A program made the translations under genes and the position numbers. From positions 24,452 through 88,451 of the forward strand of contig JBGCDS010000010.1 in assembly GCA_045105615.1 (NCBI GenBank): 64,000 bases of DNA. Direction: 5' to 3'. Each line of letters begins with the position of its first letter. The stretch's first letter is position 1. Of the stretch, positions 55,750 to 64,000 are shown in pieces. The notes beneath the pieces were generated by a model. It was given only the letters and a program-made list of their open reading frames with translations. It had not been told where the DNA came from and made no database searches. Origin of the DNA: Gammaproteobacteria bacterium. GTDB lineage: Bacteria; Pseudomonadota; Gammaproteobacteria; UBA4575.

Positions 55750-56835
55750 ATGACTATGCGACGTAAACAACTAATAGATACAACCCATAAAATCCAACAG
55801 GCCATTTCTGATAGCGAACTGCTTGAGCGATTGCATGTGCGCATTCTTGCATTAAGCAAACAGGGTAAAAAAGTGCCTAATGTTGGCGACCTTTTAGCAG
55901 CACTAAATAAATTTTCAATATCGACAAGCAAACTCTCAGATGCTGAAAAAGAAGTGCTTAAACAGCTAGATCTACATTACTTGAATGATCCAAAAAATTG
56001 GCCTAAGTTGATTTCAACCGACCAACCAGAGTTACTTAAAAGTATATTTAGCAATCTACGCAGACTTCGATCCAGCCTAGGTTACTTCCAAAAAGTAATT
56101 TCAATTGGTCACGACGAGCTTAACGATATAAACAGCAATGATGAGACACTTTCTATTTTATTGTTAGCTGACGAGAATACTAAAGATACTCCAAAGAAAA
56201 TTGCATCAACCTTAGAAAGCATACAGCAACTATACAACTGCTTTGTCACTCTTGAGCATATTGATAACCCTCAAGATCTTACCATTATCGGCATGGACTC
56301 AGGCAATGAGAAATCAATCGAATTGACTGGCGAAAGCATAGTTCTAGAAAAGATGAAGGAGCTTTTATATGGCGTATGGATGCAAGTACTTCCTTCACAC
56401 AATCAATATTTAAGTGAACAACTTAAGTTGATCTTAAAATCATTACCAATACTTGAAAGAATCGAAGAGTTAGCAACTACCGGTCAAATCGAAAAAGAGA
56501 AAGCTGCATTAGCCAAGCGTCAACTAACAACTAGCCTGGAAGATTTAATTAGATCAAACACTATCATTGAAGAAATGTATGATCATTGGCAGCAAGACCC
56601 ACGTGTTGCAATGCAATTAACACCTCGCTTAACGACACAACAAGAAAAGTCAATTACCTCTGAGGAAGCGCCAGAATTTGCAACTCAGCAACGCACTAAC
56701 CCTTTTATGAAGAACGAAGAAAATGAGCTAATTGCAACTACCAATGCAAAAACGGCCGCCCAGAAAGTTACCAGTTTAAATGATGGTAACAAGCTAAGAT
56801 TCATTCAGTCTAAAAAAGCAGAGGCCAGCGAGTAA
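55750..56835 (+). CDS. Hypothetical all-alpha protein, no recognisable domain
   Basis: 361 aa ORF with uniform coding character; no family assigned. Confidence 0.45.
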   Translation: MTMRRKQLIDTTHKIQQAISDSELLERLHVRILALSKQGKKVPNVGDLLAALNKFSISTSKLSDAEKEVLKQLDLHYLNDPKNWPKLISTDQPELLKSIFSNLRRLRSSLGYFQKVISIGHDELNDINSNDETLSILLLADENTKDTPKKIASTLESIQQLYNCFVTLEHIDNPQDLTIIGMDSGNEKSIELTGESIVLEKMKELLYGVWMQVLPSHNQYLSEQLKLILKSLPILERIEELATTGQIEKEKAALAKRQLTTSLEDLIRSNTIIEEMYDHWQQDPRVAMQLTPRLTTQQEKSITSEEAPEFATQQRTNPFMKNEENELIATTNAKTAAQKVTSLNDGNKLRFIQSKKAEASE

Positions 56836-56844
56836 TCTAAGAAA

Positions 56845-57231
56845 CTATTTAGACTTGCCAAGCATTGCTCTAATTTTTTGACGCTCATGTTTATTGGGTT
56901 TTTTCAAAGTACGCGGTAAACCTTGACTTAAGATCTTACGTTGCGCAGTTATTAACTCTCGCTGCGCAACACTGTTCTCACTTTCTTGATATAACATCTG
57001 CGCTTCACTTGCAGATCTTCTGTGTTTAGCCATTCCACACACAACAACTTCTCGCTTGAAGTCCGGATGTGTAATCTGCAACACATCATCAACCTTCACC
57101 CGATAAGATGGTTTCACACGTTGACCATTAACATGTACACGCCCACCATCAACCGCATTACCAGCAATATTACGTGTCTTGTAAAAACGCGCCACCCATA
57201 GCCACTTATCTATACGTATTGATTCATCCAT
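56845..57231 (-). CDS. hslR: Ribosome-associated heat shock protein Hsp15 (S4 RNA-binding domain)
   Basis: 128 aa. IRIDKWLWVARFYKTR S4 motif. Confidence 0.85.
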   Translation of the reverse strand: MDESIRIDKWLWVARFYKTRNIAGNAVDGGRVHVNGQRVKPSYRVKVDDVLQITHPDFKREVVVCGMAKHRRSASEAQMLYQESENSVAQRELITAQRKILSQGLPRTLKKPNKHERQKIRAMLGKSK

Positions 57232-57515
57232 CTTGTTTAACGCTTGCCGCTATTATTGTCTCTACTATCCCTAAAATAACTCCATTTATCTTTTTCATAA
57301 AGATTGAAATATAACTGAAAGAATTAAACGTTAATGTGCACTCAAATTCATTCAATCAATTCTTTCAGCTTTGGAGAAAAATATGTCAACATTAAATTTA
57401 TTGTGCAGAGTGCCTGTATGCGTTTACTGGAAAGAAACCGTGCTTTTTAGCTTGTATATCATTAGCTCATTTATAACTTGCATTATATTTTTTTAATAAC
57501 AAACTTTAATGCTTA

Positions 57516-57983
57516 TTAATCCCACTCAACCAAATGATGCTCTAAAGGACCAGCATTTTTGCTGCTAATTACTCTATCTTTAACAGAACAATTCATTTCA
57601 TGAGTACTATTTAAATTACCTGTTAATAATGGATGCCAGGTATGCAGCGGTTTAGATTCAAAGCGCAATCGATATGCGCATGATGTTGGCAGCCAGGCAA
57701 ACTCATGAGGGCGTTGTATACTCAGCGAAATGCAGTCTGGTACTCTGCGAGTTCTATTTTCATAGTCTGTGCATCGACATTTATCAGCATCAAAAAGCTC
57801 GCACGCCACATTGGTATAATAAATCTTAGCAGTATCTTCGTCTTGCAATTTAGCCATGCAGCACTTTCCACATCCATCACATAAAGATTCCCACTGCTCC
57901 TTTGTTAGCTCACTTAAAGGCTTATCTATCCAATCTGGCGCATTTGATTTCACTAATTCAATGTTACTAGCCAGCAAGATCAA
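57516..57983 (-). CDS. ycgN: YcgN family cysteine-cluster protein (UPF0260)
   Basis: 155 aa. CDGCGKCC motif. Confidence 0.8.
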   Translation of the reverse strand: MILLASNIELVKSNAPDWIDKPLSELTKEQWESLCDGCGKCCMAKLQDEDTAKIYYTNVACELFDADKCRCTDYENRTRRVPDCISLSIQRPHEFAWLPTSCAYRLRFESKPLHTWHPLLTGNLNSTHEMNCSVKDRVISSKNAGPLEHHLVEWD

Positions 57984-59892
57984 GCATAATTTTGTTTAGT
58001 CGCGCAACAAAATCAGCTGGATTTTCTAACTGTCCGCCTTCTGCAAGAATTGCCTGTTCAAACAACAACATTGACCACTCTTTAACTTGATCTAGATCCG
58101 TCTCTTCATTCATTTTAACCAACATAGGATGGGATGGATTTACTTCTAACGTAGGTTTAGTCGTTGGCATTTGCTGACCTGCCTGTTTCATCAGGTTTTG
58201 CATATACAATGCCATGTCATGCTCATTGAGTACAATACATGCAGGAGATGTGGTTAAACGATGTGACACACGTACATTTTCAACTTTTTCATCCAAGTTT
58301 TCTTTGATCAGCTTAATGATGTCAGCTGACTCTTCCTCAATTTTCTTCTGCTGCTCTTTTTCATCCTGATCTGAAAGTTTATCTAAATCCAGTTCACCTT
58401 TAGCCACAGATACAAATGATTTTCCAGCATATTCATTCAATGAACCCATTAACCATTCATCTACACGATCATACATAAGAATGACTTCAATACCTTTCTT
58501 ACGGAATATCTCTAGATGCGGACTATTTTTTGCCGCATTAAAGTTGTCTGCAGTTATGTAATAAATAGATTCCTGTCCTTCTTTCATACGAGCAATATAA
58601 TCATCTAACGATACATTTTGATCATCTTTATCATCTTGAGTTGACGAAAATCTTAATAACTTCGCAATCTGCTCTTGGTTTGCAAAATCTTCACCTGGCC
58701 CCTCTTTGATTACTTTTCCAAACTCTTTCCAAAATGATTGATATTTTTCTGGTTCTTTTTTCGCGATACCCTCTAACAATCCAAGTACTTTCTTCACTGA
58801 CCCTGAACGCATTGAATCAATGACTTTATTTCCTTGAAGAATCTCTCTCGAAACATTTAATGGTAAGTCACTCGAATCAATCACACCGCGCACAAACCGC
58901 AAATAACGCGGCAATAATTTTTCCGCGTCTTCCATAATGAACACACGCTGCACATAAAGCTTTAAACCATGCGTTTGATTAGGCTCATATAAATCAAATG
59001 GCGCTTTACTTGGAATATAAAGCAATGAAATATATTCTGTCTTACCTTCAACACGATTATGCGACCAGGCTAGTGGGTCCGCAAAGTCATGGCCTACATG
59101 TTTATAAAATTCTTTATACTCGTCTTCACTGACATCTGACTTTGATCTCGTCCATAACGATGATGCTTTATTAACGACTTCCCATTTTAATTCTGCCTCT
59201 GCATCAGCTTCACCCTCTTCGCCATCCGGCTTTTCTTCAAGCATTTCGATTGGCAATGGCACGTGATCAGAGTACTTGGTAACTATGGAGCGCAGACGCC
59301 AACCAGAGAGTAGCTCTGCCTCCTCTTCTTTAAGGTGCAATATAATTTCAGTACCACGATCTGCTTTTTCTATTTCTGCTAAATCGTATTCCCCAGTTCC
59401 CTCAGACTGCCAGTGCACACCCTGCTTGGCATCGACAGTCGCACTACGAGTATTCAACTCAACTCTGTCTGCAACAATAAATGCAGAATAGAAACCCACC
59501 CCAAATTGGCCAATCAGATTAGAATCTTTGGCTTGATCCCCGGTAAGATTTTCTAAGAATTCTTTAGTGCCAGACTTGGCAATAGTGCCAATATTTTTAA
59601 TCACTTCTTCGCGTGTCATGCCTATGCCGTTATCGCTAATAGTGATGGTTTTGTTTTCTTCATCGTATGAGACTCGGATTTTTAAATCGGTATCATCAAT
59701 AAGCAGATCTGCATTGGACAGTGACTCAAAACGTAATTTGTCACAGGCATCTGAAGCATTTGAAACCAACTCTCGTAACACTATCTCTTTATTCGAATAA
59801 AGAGAATGAATCATCAAATGTAAAATCTGACTAACTTCTGACTCAAACTTAAGAGTTTCTTTATTGTTTTCTTCTTGCACTTGCTCACTCAT
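57967..59892 (-). CDS. htpG: Molecular chaperone HtpG (Hsp90)
   Basis: 641 aa. N-terminal GHKL ATPase motifs (LVSNASDA, GQFGVGFYS). Confidence 0.95.
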   Translation of the reverse strand: MSEQVQEENNKETLKFESEVSQILHLMIHSLYSNKEIVLRELVSNASDACDKLRFESLSNADLLIDDTDLKIRVSYDEENKTITISDNGIGMTREEVIKNIGTIAKSGTKEFLENLTGDQAKDSNLIGQFGVGFYSAFIVADRVELNTRSATVDAKQGVHWQSEGTGEYDLAEIEKADRGTEIILHLKEEEAELLSGWRLRSIVTKYSDHVPLPIEMLEEKPDGEEGEADAEAELKWEVVNKASSLWTRSKSDVSEDEYKEFYKHVGHDFADPLAWSHNRVEGKTEYISLLYIPSKAPFDLYEPNQTHGLKLYVQRVFIMEDAEKLLPRYLRFVRGVIDSSDLPLNVSREILQGNKVIDSMRSGSVKKVLGLLEGIAKKEPEKYQSFWKEFGKVIKEGPGEDFANQEQIAKLLRFSSTQDDKDDQNVSLDDYIARMKEGQESIYYITADNFNAAKNSPHLEIFRKKGIEVILMYDRVDEWLMGSLNEYAGKSFVSVAKGELDLDKLSDQDEKEQQKKIEEESADIIKLIKENLDEKVENVRVSHRLTTSPACIVLNEHDMALYMQNLMKQAGQQMPTTKPTLEVNPSHPMLVKMNEETDLDQVKEWSMLLFEQAILAEGGQLENPADFVARLNKIMLDLAG

Positions 59893-59974
59893 TACAGCTT
59901 TTACTCCAAATTAAATACGATATTTTTATAAATGGTGACATATCACTTAAATTCAACCTATTCAGACAAACTTT

Positions 59975-60409
59975 CTATTCCACATCATCTACATCTGCTT
60001 GCCCAGTAACTCTTCTGCGTATGTGTGACCATGTAATGCCTGTTGCCAAAATTCCGGCTAACACCACTAATACTAGATCAATAATCATTTTCATATCATC
60101 TGCGAGTGATGGAATAAAATCGATTGCTAACCAGAGTAACACACCAAAAAATGCAGCCGCCAAGATCAAACCAAACATGCCTAACGATCGCATAGTTGCA
60201 CGTATATACACCGCCCAAACAATCAACAAAACTATTCCTGCTAATAGCAGCAATGGCAGACTAGTATTTGTCTCACCTACCGGGTTCAAATATGACTGTA
60301 CCCAATCAAAATAAGACCAGCCATGTGGGTTATAAGTACCAAACACTAATCCAAGCGCAACTAGAAAACGCACCAACACGCCCTGCCAAGTAATTTTATG
60401 CAATGCCAT
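59975..60409 (-). CDS. Hypothetical inner-membrane protein (4 TM)
   Basis: 144 aa, hydrophobic helices. Confidence 0.5.
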   Translation of the reverse strand: MALHKITWQGVLVRFLVALGLVFGTYNPHGWSYFDWVQSYLNPVGETNTSLPLLLLAGIVLLIVWAVYIRATMRSLGMFGLILAAAFFGVLLWLAIDFIPSLADDMKMIIDLVLVVLAGILATGITWSHIRRRVTGQADVDDVE

Positions 60410-60417
60410 ACATGCTC

Positions 60418-60960
60418 CTAAACCATCTCACTTTTAATAAACATTTCACGAGTCGCTGGCGAATCCACTTCATGCTGTAACAACCAGTCTTTTTGTTGAA
60501 TTTCTTTACCCACGATACTGCCACAATATCCGCCAATACCACTTTTTTTCACCACACGATGACAGGGAATAATAATCGGGATGGGGTTATGACGACAAGC
60601 ATTGCCGACGGCACGTGGGCCACTGTCTATGGCCATCGCTATGTCACCATAGGTCAATGACTCACCATATGAAATCTTGACTACCTCACTCAATACTCTG
60701 TTTTGATATGTTGTTCCTTGAATGTCGATAGGTAGATCAAATTCAGTACGTTGTAGTTCAAAATATTCCATGATTTGCTGATGCACCTTAGCACCAAACC
60801 CTTTATTTGGAATACGTGAATCTTGTTTGGTTTTAATATAAAGCAGCCGCTGTATCCCCTTAGAGGAAATATTCAAGCCTAGCAGGCCGATTGGAGATGG
60901 CAGGATGTAATCAAACGAATCTATTGTCATTTCGTGTTGCCCAAACAACAAACGCCCCAT
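60418..60960 (-). CDS. ogt: Methylated-DNA--protein-cysteine methyltransferase (Ogt/MGMT)
   Basis: 180 aa. PCHRVV active-site motif. Confidence 0.85.
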   Translation of the reverse strand: MGRLLFGQHEMTIDSFDYILPSPIGLLGLNISSKGIQRLLYIKTKQDSRIPNKGFGAKVHQQIMEYFELQRTEFDLPIDIQGTTYQNRVLSEVVKISYGESLTYGDIAMAIDSGPRAVGNACRHNPIPIIIPCHRVVKKSGIGGYCGSIVGKEIQQKDWLLQHEVDSPATREMFIKSEMV

Positions 60961-61004
60961 AAATTTATGAGGCGTTTGTTTTACTAACTTTGCATGCTTT
61001 ATTA

Positions 61005-61352
61005 TTAACCAAGCTTTTCTTTAATTCTTGCCGCTCTACCGGTCAGGCCACGCAAATAATATAACTTTGCACGTCTAACATCACCACGACGCTTAACTTC
61101 AACAGAAGCAATTAGTGGACTGTGTGTCTGGAAAACTCTCTCGACGCCTTCTCCGTGTGAAATTTTACGTACTGTGAATGCAGAGTTTAGCCCACGATTT
61201 CTTTTCGCGATGACAACACCTTCAAAAGCCTGAAGACGTTCACGGTCACCCTCTTTTACTCTCACTTGTACAACAATTGTGTCGCCAGCGGAAAACTCAG
61301 GGAAATCTGATTTAATTTGTTCTGCTTCTAATTGACTAATTATATTGCTCAT
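61005..61352 (-). CDS. rplS: 50S ribosomal protein L19
   Basis: 115 aa. Family similarity; trmD-rplS synteny. Confidence 0.95.
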   Translation of the reverse strand: MSNIISQLEAEQIKSDFPEFSAGDTIVVQVRVKEGDRERLQAFEGVVIAKRNRGLNSAFTVRKISHGEGVERVFQTHSPLIASVEVKRRGDVRRAKLYYLRGLTGRAARIKEKLG

Positions 61353-61356
61353 TTAT

Positions 61357-62109
61357 TTATCTCTCGTTTTTCGCTTTCACTTCAACTAAATATTCATTCA
61401 GTAGCTGCTGTTCTTGATCACTCAAGTTTTTCAGCTCAATCATGTCGGGGCGTCTTAAGTAAGTGCGTCCCAACGCTTGTTTTAATCTCCAACTAGCAAT
61501 CTTTTTGTGATCACCACTTAGCAATTCTTTTGGCACTTCACGACCATCAATTATTTCAGGCCTTGAGTAATGAGGGCAATCTAATAAATCACTCTCAAAT
61601 GATTCTTGTTCAGCGGATTGAACATCCCCAAGCGCACCTGGAAGTGTTCGCACCATGGCATCAATCAGCACCATCGCGGCAAGCTCTCCACCGCTGATGA
61701 CATAGTCGCCGATAGACCACTCTTCATCTACGTAGGTATCGATAAAACGCTCATCAATCCCTTCGTATCGTCCACATAACAAAATCAAATTTGGACATTG
61801 GCTTAGATTGCGCACTGCGGCTTGATCTAGCTTCTGCCCCTGCGGACTTAAATACACAACTTTTGCATTATCACTAGACTTTGATTTCACGTGGTCTAGT
61901 GTTTTGGTCAATGGTGCATACTGCATCACCATGCCAGGACCACCCCCGTAAGGACGATCATCTACTCGATTATTCGCATCATCTGAGAAATCTCGAGGAT
62001 TGGTTAATTCTAAATCAACTAGCTTTGCCCTCAATGCCCTCCCCACTACTCCGTGGTCTTGCATGGTTGCGACTAGTTCTGGGAACAATGTGATGACATC
62101 AATTCGCAT
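61357..62109 (-). CDS. trmD: tRNA (guanine37-N1)-methyltransferase
   Basis: 250 aa. SPOUT knot motifs. Confidence 0.95.
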   Translation of the reverse strand: MRIDVITLFPELVATMQDHGVVGRALRAKLVDLELTNPRDFSDDANNRVDDRPYGGGPGMVMQYAPLTKTLDHVKSKSSDNAKVVYLSPQGQKLDQAAVRNLSQCPNLILLCGRYEGIDERFIDTYVDEEWSIGDYVISGGELAAMVLIDAMVRTLPGALGDVQSAEQESFESDLLDCPHYSRPEIIDGREVPKELLSGDHKKIASWRLKQALGRTYLRRPDMIELKNLSDQEQQLLNEYLVEVKAKNER

Positions 62110-62152
62110 GTCCTTGCCCCTTTTATTTCAGCGCACTATTAGGACTGACTGA

Positions 62153-62662
62153 TTAAAAATCAGGATCCCAATCGACTATCATGCACTTTTGTTCTAAATC
62201 GATGGACTTTATGACCTGTCCTTGGATGTATGGAATTAAATGCTCGGTCTTACTCCTATCTCGCACTATCATGACATCATTGGCCCCAGTTTCGATAAGA
62301 TCTTTTATCGAGCCTAATGGCTTTTTTTCGGTATCTATCACATTTAATCCAATGAGTTGATACCAATAGTATTCATTTTTGGGTAATGGGCTTAATTGAT
62401 CTCCCGCTATCCAAATTTTACGATCTAGCAGCTCTAACGCTGCATCTCGGTCATTAATACCCTCAAGCTTAACAACCACGCCGCCTTTTTGTGCGCGACC
62501 TTCCTCAACTTGTACTGGTTGATCAAAATCATCTCCCAGATACCAGTGTTGATAGTCAATTATTTTAATTCGAGGTCGCGTGTAAGAATAAACTTTGACC
62601 CAACCTTTGACACCAAACAGACCATTTATTAGGCCTAATAAAACTTTTTCTTCTTGTTTCAA
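62153..62662 (-). CDS. rimM: Ribosome maturation factor RimM
   Basis: 169 aa. Synteny rpsP-rimM-trmD-rplS. Confidence 0.9.
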   Translation of the reverse strand: MKQEEKVLLGLINGLFGVKGWVKVYSYTRPRIKIIDYQHWYLGDDFDQPVQVEEGRAQKGGVVVKLEGINDRDAALELLDRKIWIAGDQLSPLPKNEYYWYQLIGLNVIDTEKKPLGSIKDLIETGANDVMIVRDRSKTEHLIPYIQGQVIKSIDLEQKCMIVDWDPDF

Positions 62663-62702
62663 GCGTGAGACAACCTATGGCTCATGCCGAATACCCAGCA
62701 AC

Positions 62703-62954
62703 TTAATTAGCCGCTGAGTCTACACCTTTCAATAGTGTTTCAACACGATCTGATGGCTTAGCGCCTACGCCCTGCCAATAGCTAACGCGCTCCATATCAA
62801 CGTGCAATCGGACTTCTTGCCCAGTTGCTCGTGGATTAAAATAACCTAATCTCTCAATATAGCCGCTATCTCTGCGTCTACGCGAGTCAGTCACTACGAT
62901 GTGGTAGAAAGGACGCTTCTTAGCGCCGCCTCGAGCTAATCTTATACTAACCAT
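62703..62954 (-). CDS. rpsP: 30S ribosomal protein S16
   Basis: 83 aa. [18 protein letters not shown]-terminus. Confidence 0.95.
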   Translation of the reverse strand: MVSIRLARGGAKKRPFYHIVVTDSRRRRDSGYIERLGYFNPRATGQEVRLHVDMERVSYWQGVGAKPSDRVETLLKGVDSAAN

Positions 62955-63066
62955 ATTATTTGCTTATTCTCAGCTGTGTTTAACGAACCGCATCCTATTG
63001 CGGCGAACCGCGCATTGTACGGAATCTACAGGAAATTTAAAGCTAAAATTCAACCTATTACCCTAC

Positions 63067-64000
63067 CTACATCGGCATATTAGGCGGCATTTTACCCTGC
63101 ATAGCGCGCATCATATTTTTCATCCCACCTTTCTTGGAGATTTTTTTCATCATTTTGCGCATTTGTGTGTATTGTTTAAGCAATCGATTGACATCCTGGA
63201 CTTGCATTCCTGATCCCGCTGCAATCCGTTGTTTACGCGTGGCTTTGATAATATCCGGAAAGCGGCGCTCTTTTTTCGTCATCGAATCAATCATCGCCAC
63301 CATATGAACGACTGATTTATCGCTAGCCTGGGATCTCATCGCTTCAGAAATATTGCCAGCACCTGGAAGTTTATCAATCAGACTATTCATCCCTCCCATA
63401 TTTTGCATCTGTACTAACTGAGAGCGTAAGTCATTAAGACTAAATCCCTTACCACTTTTAAGTTTTTTAGCTAATCGGCCAGCTTCATCATGGTCAACTT
63501 TTTGCTGAGCTTCCTCTACCAAGGAAACTACATCCCCCATACCCAAAATTCTTGAGGCAACACGGTCCGGATGAAACGGCTCCAGGCCATCGACTTTCTC
63601 ACCAGTACCTAAAAATTTAATCGGTTTGCCAGTAATCTCTCTGACAGATAAGGCGGCACCACCGCGCGCATCACCATCTGTTTTAGTCAGAATGACCCCA
63701 GTGAGAGGCAAGGCATCATTAAATGCCTGTGCAGACAAAGCAGCATCTTGACCACTCATGCTATCGACAACAAACAATGTTTCCACCGGATTAATCGCTG
63801 CGTGTAATGAAGTAATTTCATCCATCATTTCACTATCAACGTGCAAACGACCCGCTGTATCAACAAATAAAATATCAACGTGATTAGCTTCTGCATAACC
63901 AATCGCATTTTTAGCAATGGTTAGCGGTGCTTGATCAACATCACTTGGAAAAAAGTGAACGCCAACTTGGCCAGCAAGTGTTTCTAACTGTTTTATCGCC
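63067..64000 (-). CDS. ffh: Signal recognition particle protein Ffh. C-terminal M domain and part of the G domain; the N-terminal part lies beyond the window
   Basis: Reading frame stays open upstream of the track Met to the window edge (..DTAGRLHVDSEMM..). Met-rich M domain. Confidence 0.9.
   Translation of the reverse strand, partial: AIKQLETLAGQVGVHFFPSDVDQAPLTIAKNAIGYAEANHVDILFVDTAGRLHVDSEMMDEITSLHAAINPVETLFVVDSMSGQDAALSAQAFNDALPLTGVILTKTDGDARGGAALSVREITGKPIKFLGTGEKVDGLEPFHPDRVASRILGMGDVVSLVEEAQQKVDHDEAGRLAKKLKSGKGFSLNDLRSQLVQMQNMGGMNSLIDKLPGAGNISEAMRSQASDKSVVHMVAMIDSMTKKERRFPDIIKATRKQRIAAGSGMQVQDVNRLLKQYTQMRKMMKKISKKGGMKNMMRAMQGKMPPNMPM

Overview
This is a gammaproteobacterial chromosomal segment, moderately AT-rich, with gene order reminiscent of Alteromonadales or Vibrio-like genomes. 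Most of it is conserved housekeeping, almost all on the minus strand.

- **Conserved backbone:** smc-zipA-ligA; der-bamB-yfgM-hisS-rodZ-pilW-rlmN-ndk; the complete isc operon iscRSUA-hscBA-fdx-iscX; trmJ/suhB; secDF-yajC-tgt-queA; hslR-ycgN-htpG; ogt; and rplS-trmD-rimM-rpsP-ffh (ffh truncated at the window end).
- **Genomic island (about 40.7-47.2 kb):** a roughly 6.5 kb AT-rich element sits directly 3' of a tRNA-Leu(CAA) gene and is bounded by a perfect 55-bp direct repeat of the tRNA 3' end (attL 40644-40698, attR 47128-47182). It carries an intact tyrosine integrase, an Xis/AlpA-like HTH protein, a winged-helix Rep-like protein, a DUF5681-like protein, a stand-alone SDH-family Clp-fold serine protease, and a right-end cargo of small membrane, lipoprotein and unknown proteins preceded by a shared 19-nt leader repeat. 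A tRNA-Arg(CCT) follows attR immediately.
- **Bufferin-like cluster at the 5' end:** a DUF2282 RiPP precursor with four Cys, a DUF2063 partner, an ECF sigma factor and an anti-sigma factor, apparently without the expected DUF692/MNIO enzyme. DyP peroxidase, an ABC exporter and thioredoxin genes lie next to it.
- **Other loci worth a second look:**
  - a Hanks-type Ser/Thr kinase with a C-terminal cNMP-binding-like domain, next to a Lon-N-domain protein;
  - an lpxA paralog beside mpl;
  - an OmpA/BON protein paired with a long coiled-coil protein that contains 168-bp tandem repeats and a C-terminal HhH-like domain;
  - two tandem paralogous FHA-domain proteins sharing an Arg-rich N-terminal motif, followed by a 361-aa unknown protein;
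  - ispG displaced from its usual position between rodZ and hisS.

No CRISPR array or rRNA was seen.
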